A DNA stretch of 64,000 nucleotides from Macrostomum lignano. Taxonomy: Eukaryota. Positions 35,401-52,852 of the stretch are shown one piece after another. Under the pieces are notes generated by a model. That model was given only the letters and a program-made list of their open reading frames with translations. It did not search any database and was not told the origin of the DNA. Each line of letters begins with the position of its first letter. Positions within the stretch are counted from its first letter, which is position 1. The translations under genes were made by a program, and so were the position numbers. The stretch spans positions 30,042 to 94,041 of the forward strand of contig NIVC01003003.1 in NCBI GenBank assembly GCA_002269645.1, in the 5' to 3' direction.

Positions 35401-38313
35401 AGAAGCCCCAGACTAAACTGGGGGTGCTTCAACAAGCTGTCACCGTGATCACCGCTCTGGAGCAGCAAGTTCGAGGTAGACGATTTTGTTACCAATATCC
35501 CGTGTGTCATTTACGATTTAAGCATGGCTATTTATAGTAGCATCGTGTGCATGCGAAAAATCCAGATCTGCTGGTTTGCTTGCGTGAAAAATTTCGGACT
35601 ATGCGTTTTACGAGTAACTACGAGCTACCGGCTACCTTTTCACAAAACCTTTTCAATGCTTTTCTATCTCTAATCTCACCCTCATTGCTTGAATCTTACA
35701 CTCGCCACTCTAATCTCAGTCTGTACACCGTCTTCGCTGTAATGTCGCCTTAATCGATCAAATATAGCCCTAGTAGCTATAATCTCACCCCATCACTCTC
35801 TAATCTCACCCTCATTGCGCTCTAATCTCACTGTCTGCTCTCTAATCTCACCCCATCACTCTCGAATCTCACCCTCTTTGCTTTCTAATCTCACTGTCTG
35901 CTCTCTAATCTCACCCCATCACTCTCTAATCTCACCCTCATTGCGCTCTAATCTCACTGTCTGCTCTCTAATCTCACCCCATCACTCTCTAATCTCACCC
36001 TCATTGCGCTCTAATCTCACTGTCTGCTCTCTAATCTCACCCCATCACTCTCAAATCTCACACTCTTTGCTTTCTAATCTCACCCTCATTGCTCTATAAT
36101 CTCACCCCATCACTCTCGAATCTCACCCTCTTTGCTTTCTAATCTCACCCTCTTTGCTTTCTAATCTCACCTTCAGCACTCTCTAATCTCACCCCATCTC
36201 TCTTATTTCTCTCTAATTGTCTTCTCTGTAATCTCGCCTTTATAAATCAAATCTCACCCTCAAAACTCTAATCTCACCCTCTCAATCAACTCTCAATCTT
36301 AACAGAGCGCAATTTGAATCCGAAAGCCGCCTGTTTGAAGCGTCGGGAAGAAGAAAAAACTGACCACATGCCGGACCGGATGTGCGGCAGCGGCGGAGGC
36401 GGCAGACTGCAGCATCCCCATCATCACAGCGGCTCCGATAACATGGGGATGGCGACCGCGGCAGCCGCAGCAGCAGCGGCGGCAGCTGCCAGCAGTCAGC
36501 TGCAGTCGGCTTCGTCGCCTGGAGTTCCGGTGTCGATGGGCATGAGTTTGTCCGGGATGCCGGCCGGGCACCATCATCACATGGCTCATTTTGGCGCGGT
36601 CGATTGTAAGGTGAGAAATCTGGGTTGGATAATAAAATAAAGCACAGTAGCATGTGATACTGTACACAGTCTGTACACAGTAGCACTGATGCTTGTACAC
36701 AGTAGCACTGATGCCTGTACACAGTAGCACTGATGCCTGTACACAGTAGCACTGATGCCTGTACACAGTCTGTACACAGTAGCACTGATGCCTGTACACA
36801 GTAGCACTGATGCCTGTACACAGTAGCACTGATGTCTGTACACAGTAGCACTGATGTCTGTACACAGTAGCACTGATGCCTGTACACAGTAGCAGTACGT
36901 CCGACTAGAACTCTGGCCTTCGGTTGGCAGCTATAAAAATACTTGAACTACTTTGCCTTTGCCTGTGTTGCAGTGGTCAATGCGAAATTCTATTGGAACT
37001 TGGTATTTCTGTAGCAAAACAAACAGCTGTCTCTAAATATGTTTTGGTGGCAGGATTTTTCATTGTTTAAATTATTCTCAGTTAATTTTACCAACATAAT
37101 AGAGATAATTGGTGCATGGAAATAATTTTTACTGAGCCTACGCAGCTACTATGGTATTGGCAATTAGCAGCGAATTACTCTGAAATGAAATTATTTTGCA
37201 CGTATTTTTCGGTATCGGATTTGACAACGGATCTACCGGATTTTTCTTCCCCTTTCTCCCTCTCTGTCTCCCTTCTCCCCTCTCTCTCCCTTCTCCCTAA
37301 TTCTCCCCCTCTCTCTCCCTTCTCCCTCTCTCTCCCTTCTCCCTCTCTCTCCCTTCTCCCTCTCTCTCCCTTCTTCCTCTCTCCCTTCTCCCTCTCTCTC
37401 CCTTCTCCCTCTCTCTCCCTTCTCCCTCTCTCTCTCCCTTCTCCCTCTCCCTCCCTTCTCTCTCTCTCTCCCTTCTCCCTCTCTCCCTTCTCCCTCTCTC
37501 CCTTCTCCCTCTCTCTCCCTTCTCCCTCTCTCTCCCTTCTCCTTCTCTCCCTTCTCCCTCTCTCTCCCTTCTCCTTCTCTCCCTTCTCCCCCTCTCCCAT
37601 CTCCCCCTCTCTCCCATCTCCCCCTCTCTCCCATCTCCCCCTCTCTCCCTTCTCCCCCTCTCTCCCTTCTCCCTCTCTTTCAATTCTCCCTCTCTCTAAA
37701 TTCTCCCTCTCTCGCAATTCTCTCCTCTCTCTATTCTCCCCACTCTCTCTCTCTCTCTCTCTCTCCTTTCCCCTTCTCTCTCCCTTCTCTCCTCCTTAAT
37801 GATGATATCCTCCTAACGAATAAAGTGCGCCCCAACTTATATTCCCAATTGGTGTTTTGAAGCAGACGACAAAAAAGCAGCCGACATTCAAACCGATTCT
37901 TCTCAATCAAAACATTTTCAGCCGCCTTCTCACTGATCGGCGGCGGCGTGGAGCAGTCGCAACCCCACCCTGGCGCTTTCTATTCCTCGGCAACGGGCTC
38001 TACGGCGGAGTCTCATCTTCTTCTTCAACAGCAGCAACAGCAACAGAAGCAGCAACAGGAGTTTATTATCTACTATGCGGCGGCAACTAATGATCAGAAT
38101 CAGCAGCAGCAGCAGCAGTTTATCTGTATTGAACCAGCAGGGCAGCAGATCAAAGCGGCTAGCGGCGGCACCAGCTTGGATGAGACAATATCGGCTGTTA
38201 TTCGCGAGAGCTACGATCCGGACGAAGGAGCGGTTGAAGAGCAGTGGCAGCGGAGGGAAGAGCATTTTTACCCGGAGCAATTTCTGCTTCCACCAGAAGA
38301 GTTGCATAGTTAG
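18823..38313 (+). CDS. da: Class I bHLH E-protein (daughterless/E2A/TCF4/HEB family), about 752 aa, with alternative HLH exons
   Basis: join(18823-19158,28640-29182,29718-29801,32496-32953,[34116-34261 or 35330-35475],36306-36605,37922-38313) = 2259 nt, GT-AG and in phase. Diagnostic motifs: [27 protein letters not shown], DINxAFKELG, [32 protein letters not shown]. The start codon and first donor (19125 vs 19158) are less certain. Confidence 0.9.
19290..20087. repeat. 41-bp minisatellite, about 19 copies
   Basis: AAAATGGCATCCTATTATCAAAAATGACACCCACCCGATTG. Confidence 0.96.
20553..20606. repeat. (CT)n microsatellite
   Basis: Seen directly. Confidence 0.95.
20865..21900. repeat. 23-bp minisatellite (AGCCAATATGGAGAGACACACTA), about 44 copies
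   Basis: Tandem copies with small indels. Confidence 0.96.
22635..22880. repeat. 20-bp minisatellite (TTACCCTTGCCAGGAGCATA)
   Basis: About 12 copies decaying rightwards. Confidence 0.92.
23745..26157. mobile_element. Foldback-like structure: inverted 16-bp minisatellite arms around a 1.2-kb core
   Basis: (GTTTAGGGATGCTGCA)n at 23745-24410 is the reverse complement of (TGCAGCATCCCTAAAC)n at 25616-26157; no TSD found, so mobility is unproven. Confidence 0.45.
25309..25569. repeat. 15-bp minisatellite (ACTGCTCCTGAACAA)
   Basis: About 17 copies inside the foldback core. Confidence 0.95.
28290..28584. repeat. 20-bp minisatellite (TATCTCACTCTATCTCTCCC)
   Basis: About 14 near-identical copies ending about 55 nt before an acceptor. 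Confidence 0.96.
29197..29587. repeat. 24-bp minisatellite (TAGATACCTAGCGTCTTGAGTCTC)
   Basis: About 16 copies. Confidence 0.95.
29862..31566. repeat. 27/28-bp minisatellite (CCGTGTCCTTATCCAGCATCATCCCCAC), about 60 copies
   Basis: Stop-free in all three + frames, which explains the three overlapping long ORFs; intronic. Confidence 0.97.
32322..32408. repeat. (GTCT)n microsatellite
   Basis: Seen directly. Confidence 0.93.
33075..33970. repeat. 23-bp minisatellite (TCTTCGGGTAGATTGTGAGTAGA), about 38 copies
   Basis: Lies in the intron preceding HLH exon A. Confidence 0.96.
34116..34261 (+). CDS. da: E-protein HLH exon A ([48 protein letters not shown])
   Basis: Acceptor tcaag|A, donor G|gtgacc; 146 nt, phase 2 in, phase 1 out; no stop. 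Confidence 0.9.
35330..35475 (+). CDS. da: E-protein HLH exon B ([48 protein letters not shown])
   Basis: Acceptor gtcag|A, donor G|gtagac; 146 nt, phase 2 in, phase 1 out; closer to the E-protein consensus than exon A. Confidence 0.92.
35780..36290. repeat. Degenerate CTAATCTCACCC-based array
   Basis: Lies in the intron following HLH exon B and runs up to the acceptor at 36305. Confidence 0.88.
36655..36895. repeat. 22-bp minisatellite (GTACACAGTAGCACTGATGCCT)
   Basis: About 11 copies. Confidence 0.93.
37245..37797. repeat. CT-rich low-complexity array
   Basis: CCCTTCTCCCTCTCT units. Confidence 0.93.
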
Positions 38314-38385
38314 CTTCTCCTAGTAGCAGACTTGCTGGCTTTGCTGCCATAATTAGTAAGATAATCCTGTCAAACGTGGGTCACA

Positions 38386-38724
38386 TCAGAGTCACACCTG
38401 GGTCACACCTGGGTCACACCTGGGTCACACCTGGGTCACACCTTGGTCACACCTGAGTCACGCCTGGGTCACACCTGGGTCACACCTGGATCACAACTGG
38501 GTCATGTCTGGGTCACACCTGGGTCACACCTGGGTCACACCTGGGTCACACCTGGGTCACACCTGGGTCACACCTGGGTCACACCTTGGTCCCACCTGGG
38601 TCACACCTAGGTCACACCTGGGTCACATCAGGGTCACACCTAGGTCACACCTGGGTCATGTCTGAATCACACCTGGGTCACACCTGGGTCACACCTGGGT
38701 CACACCTGGGTCACACCTGGGTCA
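38386..38724. repeat. 11-bp minisatellite (GGGTCACACCT), about 30 copies
   Basis: Begins about 70 nt after the E-protein stop codon. Confidence 0.95.
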
Positions 38725-39527
38725 AACAAACCCGCTTAACTTTGCCGCAGTTGTTACGGGAGGGGAAATGCTTGCAGCTTCTAATCGAAATTTTTCATGT
38801 TTTTAAAACTTTTGCTGACAATAATCTATTACCGATTTCGCATGTAGCTGTGTGTCTGTGTGTTTTCTTATTGTTTGCTCCTTTGCAGCAAAATGGCGTC
38901 TTACATTGTTTCATTTTTGCTTAGATAAATTCGCTTCTCCGATGGTCCCTGTAATGCAGTGATACCTCTGTCCGCCCCTTGCTCGAGAAGAAGCGCAATA
39001 TTGAATGTAAAGTTTCAAGTTATTTTCGCTTTGAGTGTTAACTTCCCAAAGAGTGCTTCATATACTTCGCAAAGCTTATTTTGTGTATTTATCATGCTTT
39101 TTTGTTAAGTTTTCGTTTCTCATTGTTTGCTTGTTGTATAGCATTGAGTTTCTGTTTTGTAGCTCAAATCTATATAATAACTATTGCCGCCACAATGAAA
39201 CCAAGATATAATGATTTTTCCACATTTGTGACTCTAAGAATGGCTGCAAAGAAAAGCTTTATTTATCAACTTAACCAGATTGCAAAACTTGCGTTATTGA
39301 GTATTGTATAGCTAACAGGTCCTGCTTGAATTTGAATAAATAAATCCTACAAATTAATTATTGTAAGTGTTCTGTAAACTAGTAAATTACTGTCGTTAGT
39401 GGTGAAAATCTCGTGTTATTTTTGTTTACTTTATTGAAATTTCACTTATGAAAAAATTCTGACTATGGCCTGAGTGGCGAAGGGGTCCAAGTGTTCCAGT
39501 TTTAATAAGCACGAAAATTTTACGTAG

Positions 39528-40558
39528 CTACAGCATAGAGCATACAGCATACAGCATACAGCTACAGCTACAGCTACAGCATACAGCTACAGTATAGAGC
39601 ATACAGCATACAGCATACAGCATACAGCATACAGCATACAGCATACAGCATACAGTATACAGCTACAGCATACTGCTACAAAATGCAACTACAGCATACA
39701 GCTACAGCATACAGCTACAGCATACAGCTACAGCTACAGCTACAGCATACAGCTACAGCATACAACATGCAACTACAGCATACAGCATACAGCATGCAGC
39801 TACAGCATACAGCATACAGCTACAGTATAGAGCATACAGCATACAGCTACAGTATAGAGCATACAGCATACAGCATACAGCATACAGCATACAGCATACA
39901 GCATACAGCATACAGCATACAGCATACAGCTACAACATGCAACTACAGTATACAGCTACAGCATACAGCATACAGCATACAGCATACAGCATACAGCATA
40001 CAGCATACAGCATACAGCATACAGCATACAGCATACAGCATACAGCATACAGCATACAGCATACAGCATACAGCATGCAGCTACAGCATACAGCATACAG
40101 CATACAGCATACAGCATACAGCATACAGCATACAGTATACAGCTATAGCATACAGCTACAACATGCAACTACAGCATACAGCTACAACATGCAACTACAG
40201 CATACAGCTACAACATGCAACTACAGCATACAGCTACAACATGCAACTACAGCATACAGCTACAACATGCAACTACAGCATACAGCTACAACATGCAACT
40301 ACAGCATACAGCTACAACATGCAACTACAGTATACAGCTACAGCATACAGCATACAGCATACAGCATACAGCATACAGCATACAGTATACAGCTACAGCA
40401 TACAGCTACAACATGCAACTACAGCATACAGCTACAACATGCAACTACAGTATACAGCTACAGTATACAGCTACAGCATACAGCATACAGCATACAGCAT
40501 ACAGCATACAGCATACAGCATACAGCATGCAGCTACAGCATACAGCTACAGCATACAG
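39528..40558. repeat. Compound 6/7-bp satellite (CAGCATA / CAGCTA / CAACATG)
   Basis: Seen directly. Confidence 0.96.
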
Positions 40559-41002
40559 GCATATCAGATACGGCATCTCAGGTGGAACTTCTATTAGCAT
40601 CTGTGTGGGTGCAGCAATAAACAAATGCTAACCAACCCAACGGAGGGAAGCAAAGCCAATTAATCTTTCTCTGTCTCACTCGCACAGAAGCGAACAATGC
40701 CACCCAGTTATAAAAAGGCTGTGAATCTATTCATATCTGTTTTTCTGTCCACAAGTCCAAAATGAATACTCCAACCGGCTCATTCAAGTTCGTCAACAAA
40801 ACACACAAAAAATAAAAAAGAACCTTGATGCTGAAAAGCATTCTGAGATTCTTTGAATGAATAATAGGCAGAAAAAAATATAAATGAGGGAGCACGAACT
40901 TCCACTGCTGTTCGAAAACATTTCTCGGTGAGAAAGAATTTTTAGCTCCAATTAAGCCTCGTGAATATTAGCCGTTTAAAAGAGGATTGCCACATCGAGA
41001 CC

Positions 41003-41542
41003 CTGCATCTAGACACTGCATCTAGACACTGCATCTAGACACTGCATCTAGACACTGCATCTAGACACTGCATCTAGACACTGCATCTAGACACTGCATC
41101 TAGACACTGCATCTAGACACTGCATCTAGACACTGCATCTAGACACTGCATCTAGACACTGCATCTAGACACTGCATCTAGACACTGCATCTAGACACTG
41201 CATCTAGACACTGCATCTAGACACTGCATCTAGACACTGCATCTAGACACTGCATCTAGACACTGCATCTAGACACTGCATCTAGACACTGCATCTAGAC
41301 ACTGCATCTAGACACTGCATCTAGACACTGCATCTAGACACTGCATCTAGACACTGCATCTAGACACTGCATCTAGACACTGCATCTAGACACTGCATCT
41401 AGACACTGCATCTAGACACTGCATCTAGACACTGCATCTAGACACTGCATCTAGACACTGCATCTAGACACTGCATCTAGACACTGCATCTAGACACTGC
41501 ATCTAGACACTGCATCTAGACACTGCATCTAGACACTGCATC
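41003..41542. repeat. Perfect 13-bp array (CTGCATCTAGACA), about 41 copies
   Basis: No variants seen; ends 4 nt before the ATG at 41547. Confidence 0.97.
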
Positions 41543-41546
41543 CACC

Positions 41547-47710
<6,164 letters not shown>

Positions 47711-50174
47711 CCGAACTTATTTTTTCTGTGAATTTGTAATTCTATTATTTACGAGTGTGTGACTGTGTGAGTCAGTCAGTTGCATCAAAACAATCTGTCT
47801 GACTCAGTCCTTAATAAAGTTATTATTTCCTTAAAGTAAATTTTACTTTTTTATATTGACTTCATTGCTTTTTACCTCTAATCAGTTGATCGGTTCTCAA
47901 CCTTCTCAGAGATTTCGCTTTTCAATTCTCCTCTTATAAAGATATATAGATTGGGCCTATCCTTACTTATAAACCGCGATATTAAACAGCAGCAGGCTGC
48001 ACTGCAGAAGCTGCTGATCAATTTCTGGTGACCCAGCCTGGGAAATTAAGGTTGGTCCGCCCCGCCACCACCACCTCCCGCCAGCTTTCGTTTCGGTGAA
48101 ATCCCTCCAAAATATCGGGGAGAGAAGCGAAAGGTTGAGTGAGAGAAAGGGAGAGAGAGAGAGAGATGAGAAGAAGAGGTGCGCCTCCCACCCTGTCCTG
48201 CCTCCCACCCTGCTCAAATCTAACCCTAAGGTGATTGAGAAGATTGCGCTATATAAAGCCTCCCCTTAATTCCTCTCGGGGGTCTCTCCTGACTCTAAGC
48301 CCTATACCGAAAGTCCCTACCGAAAAAATCCTACCAGAGCTGCTAGGCTTGGCATGTACAGCCGATCGCTTAAGGTGGGCGGGCCGGCAGCGACACTTCA
48401 GAGCCCTGCGGGCGCCTCAGCCAGTCTGCGGGGGCTTAACGGAGGAGGTGAATGGCTGGGGTGCCAGGGCATTTCGAAACAGTTTGGCCGGGGCCCATGG
48501 AGAAAATCGCACACCAGATAATCCCCTTCCATCAGCTTCCCGGGTTTTTTCCAGCGATTTGTCATTCTCCGCCTTCCGTCTCTCACTCTCTTTCTCTCTC
48601 TCTCCCCCTTTCTCTGCAAACTTCTCTTTCGAACTTCGGTGAAGCCACGGCGGTCCGAGTGGTTGATGAAGCGCCAATTTAGCGGGCGGCCGGAGGGCAA
48701 GGGCGCTGAGGGTAGGTGGCTTGGCTAGTTAGGACACTATTGAGAAAAATAGACCGCATTGGGGAGGGCCCCTGATAGCTAAGTGGCCTCTTCCGCAACA
48801 CCCATTCCCTGATATTAAGCGTAAGGAATTAACTGCCAATCTGCCACTATTTCCATATTTTCACCCGGAGGATTAACATCTCCCCGGCCGAGCCAATTTG
48901 CCGATTGGCTCAGACCCATCTTATAGCATAAGATTACCTGCGCCCAGCCATATTTTACTCCCGTCTGTTATCTGTTGACTCGGGGAATTAGCGAAGCTTG
49001 AGTCCCTGGCGTGGGTGACTGGGGGGGGGCAATCCACAGAAGAGAGAATTGATGAGGCAAAGGAATCGAGCAGCTGCCGGAGACTTCACAGCTTCACACA
49101 GATCCTGTCTGGAGAATTGGCCGCTTGTTTCAGGATGGAGGGATATTCTGTTGGGGAAAATGGGGATTATGTGGTTAGATAGAACTCGGACCATACTTTG
49201 GTAGTCCGGGGCTCGAGCCAACACCGGCGGTGAACCAAAATCTTTTTATGCTCGAGCGGCGCCGCGGGGCGAAAGCCTCCCTGTATCAGGAGCCGCTCCG
49301 CCTCCATTTCGCTCCATCGCCTCAGCCGAAGTCAGGGCGGGTTTTGCTGGACCACCGACCCCCCCCCCCCCCGCCAAGCAAAGAGCTAGCTTATCGCACC
49401 TTCCTTTCCTTTATTACCCGAAAGCTCTTGATGAAGCTGCCAGACGCCCAATCAGGCGTTTGAGTCCCAGGCCTGAATCTGACAGACGTGCAGCTGATTA
49501 GCTCACTCGCTTCTTTTGAACCGCCAGCCTCCTCCCAAAGGTTGGACGTCTGTCCACTTTCCCTGAGTCCGGCAGGGCTATCGTTTTGTCGCTCTATTAA
49601 TTTGGCATCATCTGAAAATTGGTCTGAGGCCTTCAAACATATATACACAGGAAAATCTTTGCCTGCCTGACCCTTCTCATGTGCCCGTGGGGGGGGGGGT
49701 GACAGGGCTAAGCCTTCTGCTGCATTGGCAGTCACTTTTGCTTTCCCAGACTCGCTCCCCCCTCTCCGACCTCCGCCACCGCCGCCCACTTCCAGCACGT
49801 CTGTCTGTTCAGGTTATTTCGCCGTGTTCAAAGCGCCGTTAAAATGGCCAACAGCAGCAGACTGACGCTTTGGCGGCGGGAGAGAGAGAGAGAGAGCGTG
49901 ACGAATCGATCAGGCTGCTGCTGGAAGAAATATCGATCATACCGTGTGGCGCTTCCTTGCTTATCCTCAAACCCCCAATTGAGCCCCCCTTTGCGCCCCC
50001 ATTTTCCCCTTGCTGACCTTCTTCGGTCTGTCTGACTGTCTGTTCTCATCCCATTCAACTTTCGAACTTGCCTCAGGGGGAGGCGGCGGCCAGGAAGAAA
50101 CCAAATCGGTTCGAATTTTCAACTTTTTCATTTCGGCTGCTTTCAACACTGCATAGGCTGACCCCTTGTAGCCC

Positions 50175-50900
50175 CCCTCCTGACTCCTCTGACTCCTAAC
50201 TCCCCTGACCCCTGACTCCCCTGACCCCTGACTCCCCTGACCCTAGCTGACTCCCCTGACCCCTGACTCCCCTGACCCCTGACTCCCCTGACCCCTGACT
50301 CCCCTGACCCCTGACTCCCCTGACCCCTGACTCCCCTGACCCCTGACTCCCCTGACCCCTGACTCCCTGACCCCTGACTCCCCTGACCCCTGACTCCCCT
50401 GACCCCTGACTCCCCTGACCCCTGACTCCCCTGACCCCTGACTCCCCTGACCCCTGACTCCCCTGACCCCTGACTCCCCTGACCCCTGACTCCCCTGACC
50501 CCTGACTCCCCTGACCCCTGACTCCCCTGACCCCTGACTCCCCTGACCCCTGACTCCCCTGACCCCTGACTCCCTTGACCCCTGACTCCCCTGACCCCTG
50601 ACTCCCCTGACCCCTGACTCCCCTGACCCCTGACTCCCCTGACCCCTGACTCCCCTGACCCCTGACTCCCCTGACCCCTGACTCCCCTGACCCCTGACTC
50701 CCCTGACCCCTGACTCCCCTGACCCCTGACTCCCCTGACCCCTGACTCCCCTGACCCCTGACTCCCCTGACCCCTGACTCCCCTGACCCCTGACTCCCCT
50801 GACCCCTGACTCCCCTGACCCCTGACTCCCCTGACCCCTGACTCCCCTGACCCCTGACTCCCCTGACCCCTGACTCCCCTGACCCCTGACTCCCCTGACC
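50175..50900. repeat. 16-bp minisatellite (CCCTGACCCCTGACTC), about 45 copies
   Basis: Near-perfect copies. Confidence 0.97.
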
Positions 50901-51848
50901 CCTTCTAGCGTCCTGGGTCCCCTGACCCCTTCTAGCGTCTTGGGTCCCCTGACCCCTTCTAGCGTCCTCGGTTATTTAACCCCTTCTAGCGTCCTGGGTC
51001 CCCTGACCCCTTCTAGCGTCCTGGGTCCTCTGACCCCTTCTAGCGTCCTGGGTCCCCTGACCCCTTCTAGCGTCCTGGGTCCTCTGACCCCTTCTAGCGT
51101 CCTGGGTCCCCTGACCCCTTCTTGGGTCCCCTGACCCCTTCTAGCGTCCTGGATCCCCTGACCCCTTCTAGCGTCCTGGGTCCTCTGACCCCTTCTAGCG
51201 TCCTGGGTCCCCTGACCCCTTCTAGCGTCCTGGGTCCTCTGACCCCTTCTAGCGTCCTGGGTCCCCTGACCCCTTCTTGGGTCCCCTGACCCCTTCTAGC
51301 GTCCTGGATCCCCTGACCCCTTCTAGCGTCCTGAGTCCCCTGACCCCTTCTAGCGTCCTGGTCCCCTGACCCCTTCTAGCGTCCTGGGTCCTCTGACCCC
51401 TTCTAGCGTCCTGGGTCCCCTGACCCCTTCTTGGGTGCCCTGACCCCTTCTAGCGTCCTGGGTCCCCTGACCCTTTCTTGGGTCCCCTGACCCCTTCTAG
51501 CGTCCTGGATCCCCTGACCCCTTCTAGCGTCCTGGGTCCCCTGACCCCTTCTAGCGTCCTGGTCCCCTGACCCCTTCTAGCGTCCTGGGTCCTCTGACCC
51601 CTTCTAGCGTCCTGGGTCCCCTGACCCCTTCTAGCGTCCTCGGTCATTTAACCCCTTCTAGCGTCCCGGGTCCCCTGACCCCTTCTAGCGTCCTGGGTCC
51701 TCTGACCCCTTCTAGCGTCCTGGGTCCCCTGACCCCTTCTAGCGTCCTGGTCCCCTGACCCCTTCTAGCGTCCTGGGTCCCCTGATCCCTTCTAGCGTCC
51801 TGGGTCCCCTGACCCCTTCTAGCGTCCTGGGTCCCCTGACCCCTTCTA
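50901..51848. repeat. 27-bp minisatellite (CCCTGACCCCTTCTAGCGTCCTGGGTC), about 35 copies
   Basis: Directly continues the 16-bp array and shares CCCTGACCCC with it. Confidence 0.96.
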
Positions 51849-52852
51849 GATTCCGCAACATCAGTCCACTGAATCCCCGTTCCGAAGACACCAGTTTTCT
51901 ACCGCGCATTCTGTTTGCATAAAAAATGCAGAATCGCAGGCAATCCCTTGCTACGAGAAATGTGTCTGATGAGGTGCGGAGGCACGAACCAATCCATCTA
52001 GCAGTGTAGGTCCCCCCCCCGGTTCTGTACAGTAGTGATATAGCGAAGGAATGAAACTCAATTAGAGTATTGTCTGAGACGTGAGCTTGGCCCGGGAGTT
52101 GCTAATATTTTTTTATTCAAGGAGAACACGGCCGGCGGATGGGATCCCCATCGGTGGAATGGGGGATGGGCGGAGCTGCCGGGAGAGCTCCTGTTGCTGC
52201 TGCTGCTGCTGCTGGTTCGACATACCGGACACAGAGCCAGCTCCCCAAAAACAGGAAGGGAAATAAGAGGAGCATTTTGATACCTTAGCGCTCCGACGCC
52301 AAATCCTTAAATGCCGCTGACAGGGAAAATACATTGCCGCTTCCAACCTCTCCTCCTCATCCCCCCTCCCATGGCCCGGGACGTCTGCTCATTTCATTCA
52401 AACCGAAAGCTCTGGCACGACCGAATAGTGCCCTCCCCTGTGGCTCGTGGAGCTATCCAGGCTACTCAAACACCCCCCTTACCCCAGTTCGATGACTGCC
52501 TGCTTGAGCCTCCAGGCCCGACAGGAATACCCCAGTCTGCCTCGCATATACCTGTTGACTGGTGCGCTTAATCTGATACATCTGGAATAAATTTCTCCCC
52601 CCAATATTCCTATACACACTCACACCGCCTCCCTAAACAGTGACTCTAGAGCTCAGAGGGGCGCCATCTGGAATTGTCGGAACCAATGCACTCCAATAAA
52701 TTGCGGCTTACCAGCGGTTTGAAGGCCGAGTCCAAACCGCTCTCTCCCTTGAGAGTTTGCCGTCCTTTCAGTTTGCTATCTCTGTTGAAATTTATTATTT
52801 CGATGGGTTGCTCCTTACTCTCACACTGACGCTACATGTGTATCTGAGTCAA

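Noticed and set aside
51966-51989. Hammerhead-like CTGATGA-G-GTGC(GGAG)GCAC-GAAC
   Set aside because: It has GAAC instead of GAAA, and I could find no stem I, stem III or cleavage triplet in either topology.
47900-52800. GC-rich unique segments with 60-135-aa ORFs
   Set aside because: No recognisable domain, no consistent splice chain, and overlapping ORFs on both strands; left uncalled.
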